From the NCBI GenBank assembly GCA_964247055.1, contig OZ176051.1, positions 6,386,001 through 6,450,000 of the forward strand: 64,000 bases of DNA, given 5' to 3'. The notes beneath the pieces were generated by a model, which did no database searches, was not told the DNA's origin, and was given only the letters and a program-made list of their open reading frames with translations. This DNA comes from Paragordius varius. Lineage: Eukaryota > Animalia > Nematomorpha. Positions 1 through 13,700 of the stretch are shown piece after piece. Positions within the stretch are counted from its first letter, which is position 1. Each line of letters begins with the position of its first letter. The position numbers and the translations under genes are program-made.

Positions 1-30
1 TAGCAAAATATAATAAACAAAAACCATAAC

Positions 31-1111
31 CTGTATTGATGGTGGCGGATGTTGTAGTTTCTATATATAATACATTATAAAAACGTTTATAAAAATACAA
101 TGGTTTGTGCTTCTTGGTTTATTTTTATCCCTCTACTCTTAAAAACCTCCCTGGGAAATTATTTTAAATATCTTTGAAGAAAAAACTAATTGGTCATGGT
201 TATGAATCCGATTTTAATTTATAAAAATAAATGCAAAACATTGTAACCCAAAAAGGTTGTCTAAACGATTCTGAGGTCTAATTAAAGTCATTGTTTCACA
301 ATTGACATAACACACTTTCATGAAAACAAATATCAAGTAATTTTAAATAAATCCAGATAAGAACTTCAATTTTGTATAGAAATAGCTTCTATAATATCAT
401 AGGATTTATTTTAAATTATTTGATATTAATTTTTTATTATTTGGTCAAGGGTATAAAAAAATATCATGATGAAATTAAAATATTATTATAAATAACAGAA
501 TTATCATGGTACTTTTGGTCTTGGAAATTACAGGTGATAAAGAAGATTATTTACACTTTGTGCTAGGTGCTCTATATCAAAATGGCAAAATTTTACCATA
601 TTTTTTGTAATAATTTTTTTTGAAAGCTAAATGTTTCATTCCAAAAAAATCACTAATATAGATATCATGCACTCTTTATAAAAAGCAAAACAATATTTTT
701 ATAATATTTTAATTTTTAGATGTGGGCCCAGAAAGTCCCAAATTTTTTTTCTCTTCCAAAATAGGCTAACTCTTTTAAAATAAACGCAAAGTGCCGGAAT
801 TTCGCAATAAAGTTATATATGCCAAATTTTCACAAAATAATATTTTTTAAAAATGCATACTTTTAGAATTCAATTTTTATCAAAATTTTGTTGGATTTGA
901 TGATGCTCATTTCTATCGCTTCAGAATATCAATTTAAAGGTTTGTTTACTTTTAATTGATAAATTTTTATATAAAAACATAGTTTATATTTAACAATTGA
1001 AGACAAACCAATAATTTTTTCAAAATTCTGAGGTGATAGATATGTTCAATATCATAGAATATTATATAAAAACCAAAAGCACCAGGAGAATACTGATACA
1101 TTTTTCTATTC

Positions 1112-1144
<33 letters not shown>

Positions 1145-3387
1145 TATATATAAATTTAATCTTGATATTTTTTGTGTAAACTATGTGTCCATATAAAAGT
1201 GATCAAATGGAACTCTTTATATAAGGTTTTGTCAAGATATAATTTATTAGCTAAAAGCTAGAACTTAACTTTTTCCACACAAATTCCAAATATGATATTT
1301 TGTGCAAAACTGACTGACCTTGAGAGGGAGGCGTAACTGGCGTCGTAGTTTCATACGTATCTGCCGTCATGGTGTATGTCGTAGTTTCTGGCGTCGTAGT
1401 CTCACCACCTGGAGTCGTAGTTTCCCAAGGAATGGTGTCTATCGTTTCTATAGTAGTTGTCGTTGTGTCATATTCAGGGGTTGTAGTTTCCCAAGGAATG
1501 GTATCTATCGTTTCAATAGTAGTTGTCGTTGTATCATAGCCTGGAGTTGTAGTTTCCCAAGGAACCGTATCAATAATTTCTGTAGTCGTTGTAGTTGTAT
1601 CATATTCAGGAGTCGTGGTTTCCCAAGGAATGGTATCTATTGTTTCAATAGTAGTTGTGGTTGTATCGTAATCTGGGGTGGATTCACTAGGTGGTGTAGG
1701 ATCGGTATGTATGGTAGGGATGGTAAATGTGTAAGTCGTTTCAGGTACCGTTGGGGTAACGGTTGATTGTGCCACGGTTGTTGTTACTATTGAGAAACAT
1801 GGGGAAAATTGTATACCCTAATAAATATATCTCAGAGATTTAGTATCAAAATTATTGAATCGATGCGTCACCTCCTTTATTTTGGAGATCAATTATGTTC
1901 ACGTCCTATTTATTAATTCAAAATTCTGTTCTAATTATTTTGACTGAATTGATTTTTTTCCATTTAACATTGTTTTATGTTTGAAAACTGTTTAACCTTA
2001 CAATTGCAGCTTATATATCCTTAACCGTATTTGACATACCCAAATATTTTAAAAATATATATAAAACATTGAAAATATTTTTCGCTTTTTGCTCAAAATA
2101 TCAATAAATTTCATCATATACAATTTTTAAAAAAGAAATTGATATAAAAATGTTTGTCATTGCAAACAACCGACTTACGCGGACAAGTTTCGATTAGAAT
2201 AAAAATGCGATGTAGGTCACCCTCCACACGAAACATTTCGGTATTGACATAGATGAGAAATGAGTTTTTCCAGCGTCGATATGTCCCTTCATTGTATTCG
2301 AGGACGATAGAATCAGGATATTGGACAATTTTTTTCTATTTTTATAACAAAAAAAAAGTTATTGTAATAAAGTTAAAATCAAAAATAGCTTAAAAAATTA
2401 ATATTGTGAAATCTTACAATATCCTTCAAATTTCTCCCGTAAACGCAATCGGTATAAATTTCGTTGTCAATAATTAAGCGGCAGAGAGCATGATCTTTAA
2501 CTACGACGCCAGGTTTTGGATGCAAATCAAGCTATGAAAATAACTAATGTTAAACATTGAATATATTTCCTGATTAATTATATTATACCAAAAAGTATTT
2601 AAAAAGTTTCTAAAATTTTAATTTTTAAGAAGGCCTGAATGTGTTAACTTTATTAACTTACATTAGAAACAGCTTTGAATCCAATTTTATATTTGGATCT
2701 AAGCCAATATAATGTGGTTAGTAGGGAATAGGAAAGTTGAAATCGATTCACGCTAGGATTGGATTCATTAAACATAAAATTCTTTTCAATGACCCACCAA
2801 ATAGTGTTGAGATCGGTTGTTATATCAATGTTCCCTCTAGTTTTTATATAACATATCATATTATATATGTGAAAAACATTAAAAAAAATATTTTATAATT
2901 AAAATGTACTCACTCGCAATTCGGAGATGTAGAATTTATTATGTCTTTAAGGTAATAAGTTCCATTCCCTCTAACCAAATCACATATATCGATTGCAGCT
3001 AACAACAACACAAAGCCATGATATAAAAATATGTTTTTAATATAAGTTTTTACATATTAATTCATAAATAATATGTATAGTGAATTGTAGAGTATTTTTT
3101 ATTTTATATTCGGTGCCCAAATACACATTTTCCTATATATATATATTTCGTCCTATGTCATATATAAGGGTACATCTACATAAGCTATTATAGAGTGAAT
3201 TATTAAGACATTGATTATATAAATTCCACTTGTTTCGGACAAACTTACATGGTCTCACAGTAACGCCATAAACGGATGATGGTTGATCAAAAATAGCCAA
3301 TAAAATTACATAGGCGATTAGAACATATCCTATGCTTTTGGCGGTGGAATATGAGACAGAACTTGGCAAGCAAAGTTCAAGTTTCAT
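31..3387 (-). CDS. Orphan secreted/cell-surface mucin-like protein, 3'-partial (at least 7 exons, about 414 aa in window)
   Basis: Phase-consistent GT-AG exons: 3387-3174 (or 3180), 2998-2914, 2836-2662, 2531-2418, 2335-2179, 1786-1319, 60-31. N-terminal hydrophobic stretch IGYVLIAYVILLAIF followed by a VYG cleavage-like site, then a Cys-containing region, then a Thr/Pro/Glu-rich repeat exon. In-frame TAA upstream of ATG 3387. No family recognised. Confidence 0.7.
560..1075. repeat. Dispersed AT-rich repeat, related to about 37300-37860 (shorter pieces near 31450-31500 and 33630-33700)
   Basis: Shared blocks seen by eye, such as AAAGCAAAACAATATTTTTA, AAAATAAACGCAAA, AAAAATGCATACTTT and ATGTTCAA.ATCAT.GAAT. 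Ends not defined. Confidence 0.55.
1113..1152. repeat. (AT)n microsatellite (others near 13982, 19405, 31800, 36485, 61157, 62330)
   Basis: Direct reading of the sequence. Confidence 0.9.
1400..1680 (-). repeat. Coding 66-bp tandem repeat (22 aa, WETTTPEYDTTTTTIETIDTIP), about 4 copies
   Basis: TTTCCCAAGG recurs at 1421, 1487, 1553 and 1619 (66-bp spacing); variation is mostly at third codon positions. Confidence 0.95.
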
Positions 3388-6206
3388 AATGAATGTCGAG
3401 AAAAGTTTGTCGCAATTAATTCGTGTGATGAATTATTAAAAAGTGTTTCGTAATAAAATTAAGGATTATATTAAGGATGACTTTGACTTCCAATTATATA
3501 TGAGTATTTGTGACTTATCACCTCCTAACCCCTTATTGCTTTTCATTATTCGACCTTGACCAATAAACCTTCATTCATTGGGTAAGGGGGATGGGTAAAA
3601 ACAAAATGTTTATTTTTGATTTAGCCAGATTTTATCAGTAGTAATTGTTTTTAAGATTAATAAAGATACTTTTTATAAAACTAAAAGGGACAATAGGCTT
3701 TTGGCTGATGATGAAAAGACGACGCACAAATGACAAAATCTATTTTAAGGTAAAAAGCGCTAACAAAACAACACAACGAATTACGTATAACCTGCTGACC
3801 CAAATATATCCGACCACATTTAACTATTGTCCCAAAAAAACAATTCTATAATTACCATTACTATAAATATTTGCTTAGTCATTTAGTTGTCTAAAATTAG
3901 ATATATATGAATTAAACACATAAATAAGTTAAAAGGAAATGCATATTTAAATAATATTTATAGTTTTAAATGATATAGGTAATAATTTAAGGTAAATTAT
4001 TATATTGAAAAAAATAGGTATTAGAATTAGTAATAGGCCCTATGAATTTTTAATTGAATTGGCGTATTGGGATTTATATATCAATAATAAAAATCGAAAA
4101 ACAATAAAATAAGACAAGAGGTTTAAAATTGAGTGTGAACTTTTTAGATATTTAATTTTATAACTAAAAATTAAAAATCATATATTTCCGTTAAGATGCA
4201 GTTTACTAAAAATCGCCTTTGTCATATAATGAGATAAATTAAACATATTGTAATTACAATACACATTTAACATAAATTTCTTGGCTAATTCAGGGTTTTT
4301 AAATATAATTACTTAAGTCATTTAAATAATTATTCCAACAAAGCAAATTCTAGGTTAGAATAAATTTTTAAAAAGTTAATTTGCTTGATTATGTTTCAAT
4401 TGATTGAATAAGCCAAATATATGTAACGTGATAATAATTAATGCACGGGTGTTAGGAAAACGTTTATATTGATAGTATAAATAAATAAAACGACATAATA
4501 ACAAGTTTATTTTAATTTAAATTTGTAGCTAAAGTGTAATTTTTAGCTTGAATTCCTGTAAGTCGGTCAAGGAGATGAAAAATAGGGAAATTTATTTACA
4601 ATAATATTTTGCGTTTAGGAATATCCTTATTTATATCAAGTTTCGATATACAATCTTTTAAAGCCTTTATCTATCGGATATTAACTAAATATGCGATTTG
4701 CTGCATAGGTTAAAATGTATATAGTGATGCCCACAACCCAAAGAGGGAAAATTCAAGCTATAACAATGTTCAAATAAATTTATTATCAAATAAGTTTAAT
4801 CACATAGGTATTTCCATTTTTTGCATAATAAAATATGTATTATAATTCTTAAAAGTAGATGCAATAATACAGGTTCTCTTATATGAATTTTCATTATTTT
4901 TTCCGAATAACATACTGGGATTAATATTATAAGTATTAGCTATTGGCGGTAGAATCAATGTTTCAGTATCTATAAAGGCACTGTATAAAAACATTAGAGT
5001 GTAAGAATTTTACGAGTTTTGATCATACAGCGTTGGTCATTTTGGTTGATGAATATATTGAAACAACAAATCTTTTATTGTAAATAATTAATGGAATGTT
5101 TTTGTGTTGTTCCTCTTTAACAAAATCCACGACTCTTTCATCGGTTCGCAAATCTAATCACTTTGATTGGCCTCATTGGGTAAGGATTACCTATATTTGT
5201 TGTGAGCTATGTTTGTTTTATGATCTGGTTTATGCTTGGCTAATATAAATGGAAACATATGTTAAGTAATCAAAAAATTACATAATATGGGTAGTGGTAA
5301 CAACAACATTTGCTTTATAAGTAATCTTCCGAAGCTATGTTATCCCTTATAACCAATTAAAGTTTTAACCAGTCTAATGTATTTTTTGTCTGTAAATATA
5401 ATAAAACGGTGGTTGTATTTGAATCCAAGTCAAGCCACCCCAAAAATGTGGAATAGAAGCCCGAGCGATTCATTTACCGTTGGAACAAGACTCTTGCTTT
5501 TCAAAAATTTTAAAAAAAGGGACCCAAAATGATTAAATTTTTAATATAGAAATCAGGGTGAAACTTACCTGTTTACAAAATTGTCGGGTTTAAGGACCGG
5601 TTTCTAATCTGGTTTCTAATTACCCCTATTTTCATTACAGATATACTTTTATGACATTATATTTCTTAAAAAACCATGCTTTCTCATACCATAAATAATA
5701 TTTTTCAAATAAATAATTTTAATCAAGTAAATATTATACGATGAAAAGGTGAAACAAAATATAATAAAAACATTTATCAAAAACAAATATATATTTTTTT
5801 GTTGTCCTAAAACACGAATTCATTTTTATAATTTCAATGGTCACAAATAAATTAAACATATGATATTAATATATAACAATCCTTTATTTTAAAAAATTAT
5901 AAAAATAACTTTATTTGTAAATTTTTTTCATTTTCAACATATTTTTTTTAATCTTTAAATAAAAAAATATGATATCCACAATTATTTTTTAGGTGTAAAA
6001 CCGGAAACGTTTATCGAAGGTAGGAATAAAACCGAATTCAAAACTTTAAAAAACGTACTATGGTGGTGGTGTAGAAACAGAAACCAGATCGTTTTTAAAA
6101 AAGTGGAAATAAACCAGTTTTTTTAACTATCGAAACATCCTTACTAATTCAGTCATCTTATTGTTATTATATATTTCTGACAAAATTATAATAAAAACAT
6201 TCTCCA

Positions 6207-9200
6207 TCATATGATGTAAACGTATTTACTTTTTTCCAAACCATGGTATTGCACATCAATTTGTGTGTAATTGGAAAAATTGGTTTGTGGATTTGGGGGA
6301 GATTGAAGATCATCTGGGTGTTCATGTTCACTGCTTAGTGCTATGAGATTGATGGATGATGCCGTACTGCTATTTATTTGATTGCGATTACTCAAGTATC
6401 GGCGTTTGGCATTTAGACCAACCAATGGTAGCAAAGGTAAAATTGGAGGCGTTCCATGTTTCCTCATTTCCTCCTCACTACAAAATGAATGCCTTCCTAT
6501 GGCTGTTAATTTTGTGGTCAAACTTTGTTGCGTAGACGTGGTGTTGGGATGACAATCATCCATACTTACAATCATAGCTGTTAAACCATGTGCCGAGGAT
6601 GTTATCAAATTGTTCTTATTCGAATTTGTATTGTATTTATTGGTGTGGTGGTTTTTGTTTCTTAAATTGGTGCCGTTCGTTACGTAGGAGGAGGATTCAT
6701 TTAAATGCACAGTCTCATAATTACTATTGTTATTATTGCGATTGAGTTCTGTGGTAATGGAAGCATTAACATTTTTAGGTAATCCCATTCCTACTCCTAC
6801 CCCACTGGATCCCATTCGTTTTTCCAGGGCTCCTCCACTAACATTCATCCCCCCATTTTTTGTGGGTAATGTTTTGATTGGGTAGCTATTATCGTTTGTA
6901 GGAGAGCTTTTGCCACTTCCCCCCGCCATAATTCCATTGCTACCTAATAATTTGGCCTTTTTATTACTACCCATTGGGGAATTGGCAGCCGTATTAGAGG
7001 CTGGATTATTCAGGGATGCATTTGAACCGCCGACTCGAATACCCGAAGCGGCAGAAGCCATCAAATTTTGTGTTGAAGCCGTTGGAGTATTGTGTCCGTG
7101 TCCACCTCCTCCTGGGCCATGTGAAGAGGATAGAAGGGCGTTATTTCCACCACCGGCACCCGCTAAACCGGCATTCGAACCTAAATGACCAGGAGAGTGA
7201 TGCTTGATTGCATTTGCTCGACGGGGTTGGAGTGGCCCGCCTCCGAGCCCTCCACCTGGCCCACCACCCAAAGAACCTGGTGGTTTTGTAAGTCTCGGCG
7301 CTTCAACTGGTTGAACTCGCCTCCGTTTTTTGGGTAACTTGGCACGGGCTTGGGAATGGGAATATATCATGGCAAAATTACTTACAATCACAGGAACGGG
7401 CAGGGCGATCGTAAGTACACCCCCTAACGCACAGAAAGCACCAACTAACATACCTAGGTAGGTTCGTGGAACCATATCCCCATAACCCACCGTAGTCATG
7501 GTAACGATGGCCCACCATAATCCCACAGGTATGCTGGTGAAATCGTTATGGGGATTGGTTTCGATCCGTTCGGCATAATAGACAAGACTAGCGAATATGA
7601 CAATACCTAACAAGAAAATTAAAATAACGAATGTATAAAAAAAATTATGTAAAATATTTATATGATTCTCTAAAATTAAAAAGGGGAATAGCAAATAATG
7701 ATGCAACTAAAAAATTGTAATGTCCACAAATTATTAACCATTCCGTTAATGTCAAAGATAATAAAAATGAATGAGAAGTCTCTTTTAAATTTTTTACAAT
7801 TGTATCATAACTCAAAAAATTGCCCGAATAATATTTACTATTAACAGTAATATGTTAGTACACATATATAGGTAGTAATTCGAATATGCGTCAATTGAAA
7901 TAAATTATAAATTTGACTGTTATTTATCTATCCACAATCCTTATAACATTTAAGATATTTAATTTTAAACTAATTAATTTTTTGCCACACACACCAGGTT
8001 ATTCAACTCTTCTTATATTCTTTGTATCGATTTATTTTTTTTTGGCGCGACACAGCCTTAAAACAATTAATAATGTTTTTTGTCAAAACTTGAAAAATGA
8101 AAAACAATATGATTTTTATGCTAATTTAGTTAGCATTTAATTTATTGAGGGATGATGATTTGATTAAAACTATTTAGGTTTTTGAATAAATTGTGTGTTT
8201 GTCTGTGTCACATCATATAAAATAAATTAAGCAGAAAATTTTACAAGAGAGACGAAAATGAAAATCTGCAGAAATTAATTAATTAATAAATAAATTAATT
8301 TCCTAGCGCGCTATAATTTATACAAAATTACTTATTATGAAAAAAAATCTTAAAAGACGTTTTTTCTTCCCGTTACCTAGGACAAGGAAAAAAATGAGCA
8401 GTAATAGTTCTTTAGCACTAGCTTTGAAGGTATGTATCAAAATTTTCAATCCCGTTGAGTGTCGCGTTAACTTGAAAAGTCTCATGATTCGTATAATGCT
8501 AAAAAATTCCAAAATATCTCCGTGTGCCTGTTCCTGTTCCTTCCAAGCCAAATCAATGTATAGACTGATATAAAAGGAGAGTGTAGCTATCACATCTATG
8601 AGATTGAGGGGAGATCGGATAAAACTGGGCTTGTTAGGGCTAACTATGAATCGTATCAGTATTTCAAACGTGAACCAAACATTGCATACGGATTCGATGT
8701 AGAAAAACACCTGATGTGGTTCAGTAGCTACTTTATCTAATGTCCATGTACTTTCGTTGGAAGACAGTTGTATAGTTACGTTTCGTACTATGGGTATCCG
8801 TGCCAAAGGGTATGTTTTGAGGCAGAATGTGAATATGGAAACAAGTATGAAAAACACTGATGTACTGGCAACAATCTAAGTGCGTTTTGAGCAATTCAAT
8901 TAAATTAAGAATTGATTAAATTTTATACACATACATACACATATTGGGGACACTGAAAATTTAATTATAACTGCTTAGCTTAAATTTATATACCGTCTAT
9001 GAAAGTTCGAAAAAAGCGCTTTTTACTGGGTCATATGATTCGTCGATAGCCAAATATAAAGCATTTTCTACAAATTTTAGGTAAGTTCTTTATTGAAAAT
9101 CCCAAATTATGAATCAACAATATAAAATAAAAAAATCAACTGCCTATTCATAGATTAAATTAGTATTTATTAATTAGAAATAAAACAAATTTTCTCTCAA

Positions 9201-10703
9201 CTAGTAATATAAACCGGTTATTTAAACACATATATAATCATAGAGATCATATATTATTCTTAAACTTCGTAATTTAATTAAATTAGTGAACGGGTTTTTT
9301 AAATGTTTTCCTCTATTTTAGCCCTTGTATTTACTTCTTAGCATGGGAACTTTTTGGAGCAACAGTCTTGTTGATTAAACATTACCATCAATTATGTTTC
9401 CAAAATGTTTCAACAATATTATTTAATGAACAAAACTTAAACCATAACAATTGGATAAAAATAATCCTGTTTAGAGCAACCATTGACTACTTAAAGTTTA
9501 AATATACTGTTAAAAATTGTGTTATTAACGACAAATGTCAAAAAAAGATATTGGATACCAAAAACAAATAAACGGGCCATTAATACTACAGATGACGGAA
9601 AAGATGCTGCTTTCTGCAAACGGATTTTACACAAAATTTTGTAAGATAATGGTATTTTTCTAATCATTTATTTTGTAAACAGAACCAAAACCGCCACTTA
9701 AGTTAAATATAATATAAACTAATTTTATATAACAAGAAATTTATTAATGTTATAATCCTGGAAATTTCCTTAACTTAATTTTATTTTTGTAGTTTGGACT
9801 TACTTTTTACTAATTTATTTGATTCCTAATATTATCAATAAATACATGATCATTGAAAAAAAACCATATGGTTTTTTAACAAAGATTTTTAATTTTAACA
9901 TATACGTAATCTGTTAGCCATCTTAAATACAGTATTAATTAAATTTTTTAGGTAATTTCATGCAATAATCAATCAAATTTCTTTACAAATTTTAGATGAC
10001 CTTTGAGTTTCAAATTTAACCTCCTTTACCTTACAATAACTAATTAATAATGAATAAATTGCCAAGTTGATGTTTTTATACCAATATACATTTTTAGGTT
10101 TTCACTAGGTGTAACACATTGACTTTTTAACCTAACAATAAAAAGTGTAAATATGCAAATAATTACTTTGGCAGCTTTGGAAGAGTAGGGCTCATCAAAC
10201 AAGGCCCAAATTTTAGGTTTATACCTTCGCCAAAAACTTATTTCTCGCCTTCGACCGCCAATTCCTCCAGCATATCTATCTTCTTGGAGAGCAAATCTCC
10301 TATTAATTTCATCTTCGGTGGGCTTTTCACTATCCAGGTCTAATCTATCAAGCACCGCTAAAGTTTCTCGCGTGTCTTTGTATTGCGTGTATGTCATCCA
10401 ACAACACGGTTCCACCTGATTTGAATCTAGGCCCCAAAACTCAAGTTCCTCCTCAAACAGGGGCCCACAAACGTCCGTAGGGTAATGTAATTTTCCGGTT
10501 CGATAATAATTTAGCACCTGGCCAAAGACCCCAGGGTGCCGATCAAAGAAATATTCATTGAGGATGGGATCATAATTTGCTAAGGCTTCTGTCAGCCGTG
10601 ATAAACGGGTGGCCGGAATTTTTTTTAGCGTAGCTTTGTATGTTTCATGGCGTATCCCGCCAACATTTATTATGACTCGATTTTCTGCATCGGTCCCAGC
10701 CAT
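6207..10703 (-). CDS. Shaw: Shaw/Kv3-family voltage-gated K+ channel alpha subunit, 3 exons, 811 aa
   Basis: Exons 10703-10167, 8875-8377 and 7606-6207 join in phase. T1 domain ([22 protein letters not shown]; Zn motif HYPTDVC...EPCCW), S4 [12 protein letters not shown], pore [13 protein letters not shown]6 [10 protein letters not shown] and post-S6 KLPKKRRRV are all present. The 3' end could be spliced further. Confidence 0.96.
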
Positions 10704-13700
10704 ATAGCTACTGTGTTTAATGCAATTGCAAAACAATCCCTATTCTGTGCCGTGGTTGTTTTGGTAAATCCATTCTCAAACATCAACTATCAATCGCGCA
10801 TTCATCTCTAAACTTTTGGGATGAAATTGGAGGATAATCACAGTTTTATTTTCAGCAGAAATAGTTTATATGTTAGATTGATTGTATGGTAGGGGCGTTC
10901 TCTATATTTGAAAAAGATAAAATGAAAGATATAGTAAGATTGCAATAATACTCCATATAAAATAAAATCTGTAAAAAACTACCGGGTTTAAATAATTTTA
11001 AATTTATAAGATTTTTTGCTTTTTTTGATACACAGTGATTATATTTATCGATAATGAGGGTAATAAAATTTTGAATGACATGTCTAAGCGTTAAAATAAA
11101 ATTGTAGCGATGCCCAGACCGTATATAATTTTATAATATACTAACTTTTAAATATAACACACATCTATTTAAGTCTATCCGAAATTCTAATATCAGCTGA
11201 TTTCTGATATGTTTTAAAAGGGGCGCATCTATTTAAATTTAGCCACGTGTTACGCATAAAAGTTTCAATGCATATATAAAAAAATCATTTTAAAATCTTT
11301 ATTTAATATATGTATAGTCACATATATGTATATATATGTGATGTTATCGTCCATTATTAAGAAGAGCTGACCTTCAAAATGTATGTGTGGAAAAAATCAT
11401 CATTATGAAGAAAAATAATAATAAAGTAGATGGATAAAACTATTCCTGTATGTATAAACAAATGATAAACGATGTCCAATGTAAAAATTCATCTCTCCCT
11501 ACACTAACTCACATGAAGGCAGACATTGTATAGAGACTATTATTTGTTTATCATAGATACATAGATAAATATACATCTTTCTAAACGAAAATCAATAAAA
11601 TTCAGCTTTCCCCCCTTTTTTATGGACACAAACATACATACAAAAAATATTGATTACAAAATTCTTTAAACAAAATACCATAAAAACTATGATAGAGCCT
11701 AATTTGACCTAAGTTAATCCATAAATTAATACTAATATATGGTAGTATTATTATGTGTAATTTTCAATTTAAAGTTTGAATCTATAAAATATTTGTAATT
11801 TTTAGTGCTAAATTATTAAATGATATTAAATGTTTTAACGTTTTTTATATTTTATTAATGAAATAAGTTTTTATAGACTCTAAAATAGCCGGTTAACATT
11901 AATTTTGAAAGCGACAAAAGGTAAAACAATAATCTGAAATGGTATTAGTGCTCTATAATTTTTATTACATTATATATATATATATATGTGTATTTAGTTA
12001 ATATTGGAAAGGATATGATGTGATTAACTTTAATAACGTATTTATGAATATAACCAAATCAAAATACATTACAAATAAATCAGGGCTTCGAACCGGTTGA
12101 AGAAAGTGGAACAGCTTGGTATCTAAGAAGCTATAACCGGTTCTTTACGTTTAGAATCGGGCGATTTTGGTTCTTGACCTTTTATTGAATGAATTTAAAC
12201 AACATTTCTATTATAATAATGTAAACCAACAAAATATCAACGAATGTAAAGCCAAACAACATATATTATTAGGTAAATTGAATAGGCAAATTAATCAAAA
12301 GTCTATCCCATCTATAGAGGAAATCTTTATAACTTTAAAAAATGATTTTAACAAGTAGGCCCGTAGGTAATACCCCTGTTATATAGTGAGGCTCTTCTTT
12401 TCTGTTATGGGTAATGGATTATGGACGATTTAGTTTATGGTTTTGTTAAATTTTAGATTAAAAAATTAATTAAAAAGAGAAAAAATGTAAGAAGGTATAA
12501 ATTGGATAAATTTATCGTATTTTCTCTTTTCTCAGCTTAGGAATCCTATATATAGTTTATGGTTTTTAACAGGATATTAAATAATTTAAATATTCTTAAT
12601 AAAAAATCTACTAAATAAATCTTCAAGTGTAGAGGGTAGATATTCAAAAAAATAGTCAATATGGTAATTATGTTTTAATCGGATACAAGAAAAAAATGTT
12701 ATCATATTATTAATTTTTTTAAAATATTTATTAAAACAACAATGTAAAATTGTGATGATCCATTTTGATAATACAACTAAAAAATGGTATTTTATTTTTT
12801 AAAATTAAAAACATGGGAAAATTTTGGAGGTGGAATCGGAAACGGACTGGTTTCTATGAATTTGAAAAAATCGGGGTGGTTCCTAAAATTTAAAACCAAA
12901 ACTAAGTTGGTTCCAACCCAACGGAACCGGTCTTTGATTAAATAGGAGGCGGGTTTCGGTTTTGTGTGATTTTGTACGTCCTGTAATAAATGGTAATTTC
13001 AAGAGTTAGATTGGTTGCTAATAATTAGTAATGAAACAACACCGATCATGATGGTCTTTAATCCATCAAATATAGGAGATTCAATTAAAAAATTGATTAA
13101 ATTCATATTAAACAATTTTTTAAAAAAACGGAAAAATTTATATTTTTGTTAAAACTGTTTCTTTCATTTTAAAGAATCCGGGCAAATATTTAACGAAACT
13201 CATAAATATGGCTTATGTTTATCATAGTAAATAAACTAGGGAAATCCCATCGACGATTATTTACAGAAAAAATATGGCAAATCATAATATAATAGCGATT
13301 TTCTTTGAATTTGGCCTTAAAATTTTTCCCCTTACCTAGTATGTTTACAGGTTAAAAAATATGAAAGCTAAAAAAACAACATCTATTTAGGATTCATGAA
13401 ATTGAATGAAACTAAAAATGTTAATATTTATTAATACTTCATTATCTTTTCACCTTTTTTATCCTCGTTGTAGTTTTATATCTTAGAGCTCAATTTTACA
13501 GTATTGAATGATATTTTAGTTAAAATTAATTATCCAACATTGTTCTCATTTATTAATTAAAAAAGCTTATATTTTTTACAGTTTGGTGACTTCTTAGAGT
13601 CTAAAGTTGGGACAGCTCCAAAACACGACTGAAACGAATAGCTGATATAGAAATCAAAATATATCAATTTTTGCTGGTAAAATGTAGTCTGGAAACTTTT

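Noticed and set aside
1320-1766. 148-aa plus-strand Arg/Cys-rich ORF
   Set aside because: It is the antisense shadow of the Thr-rich repeat exon.
4800-4994. 64-aa minus-strand ORF
   Set aside because: No homology, no clear splice links, and length compatible with chance.
5990-6145. AACCG-rich patches (also about 12085-12160, 12830-12980, 21420-21520, 29300-29390, 40770-40820) as hAT relics
   Set aside because: The motifs are suggestive but I could not pair ends or find TSDs.
6910-7207. Plus-strand Pro/Ala-rich ORFs
   Set aside because: They are antisense to the Gly-rich Shaw tail.
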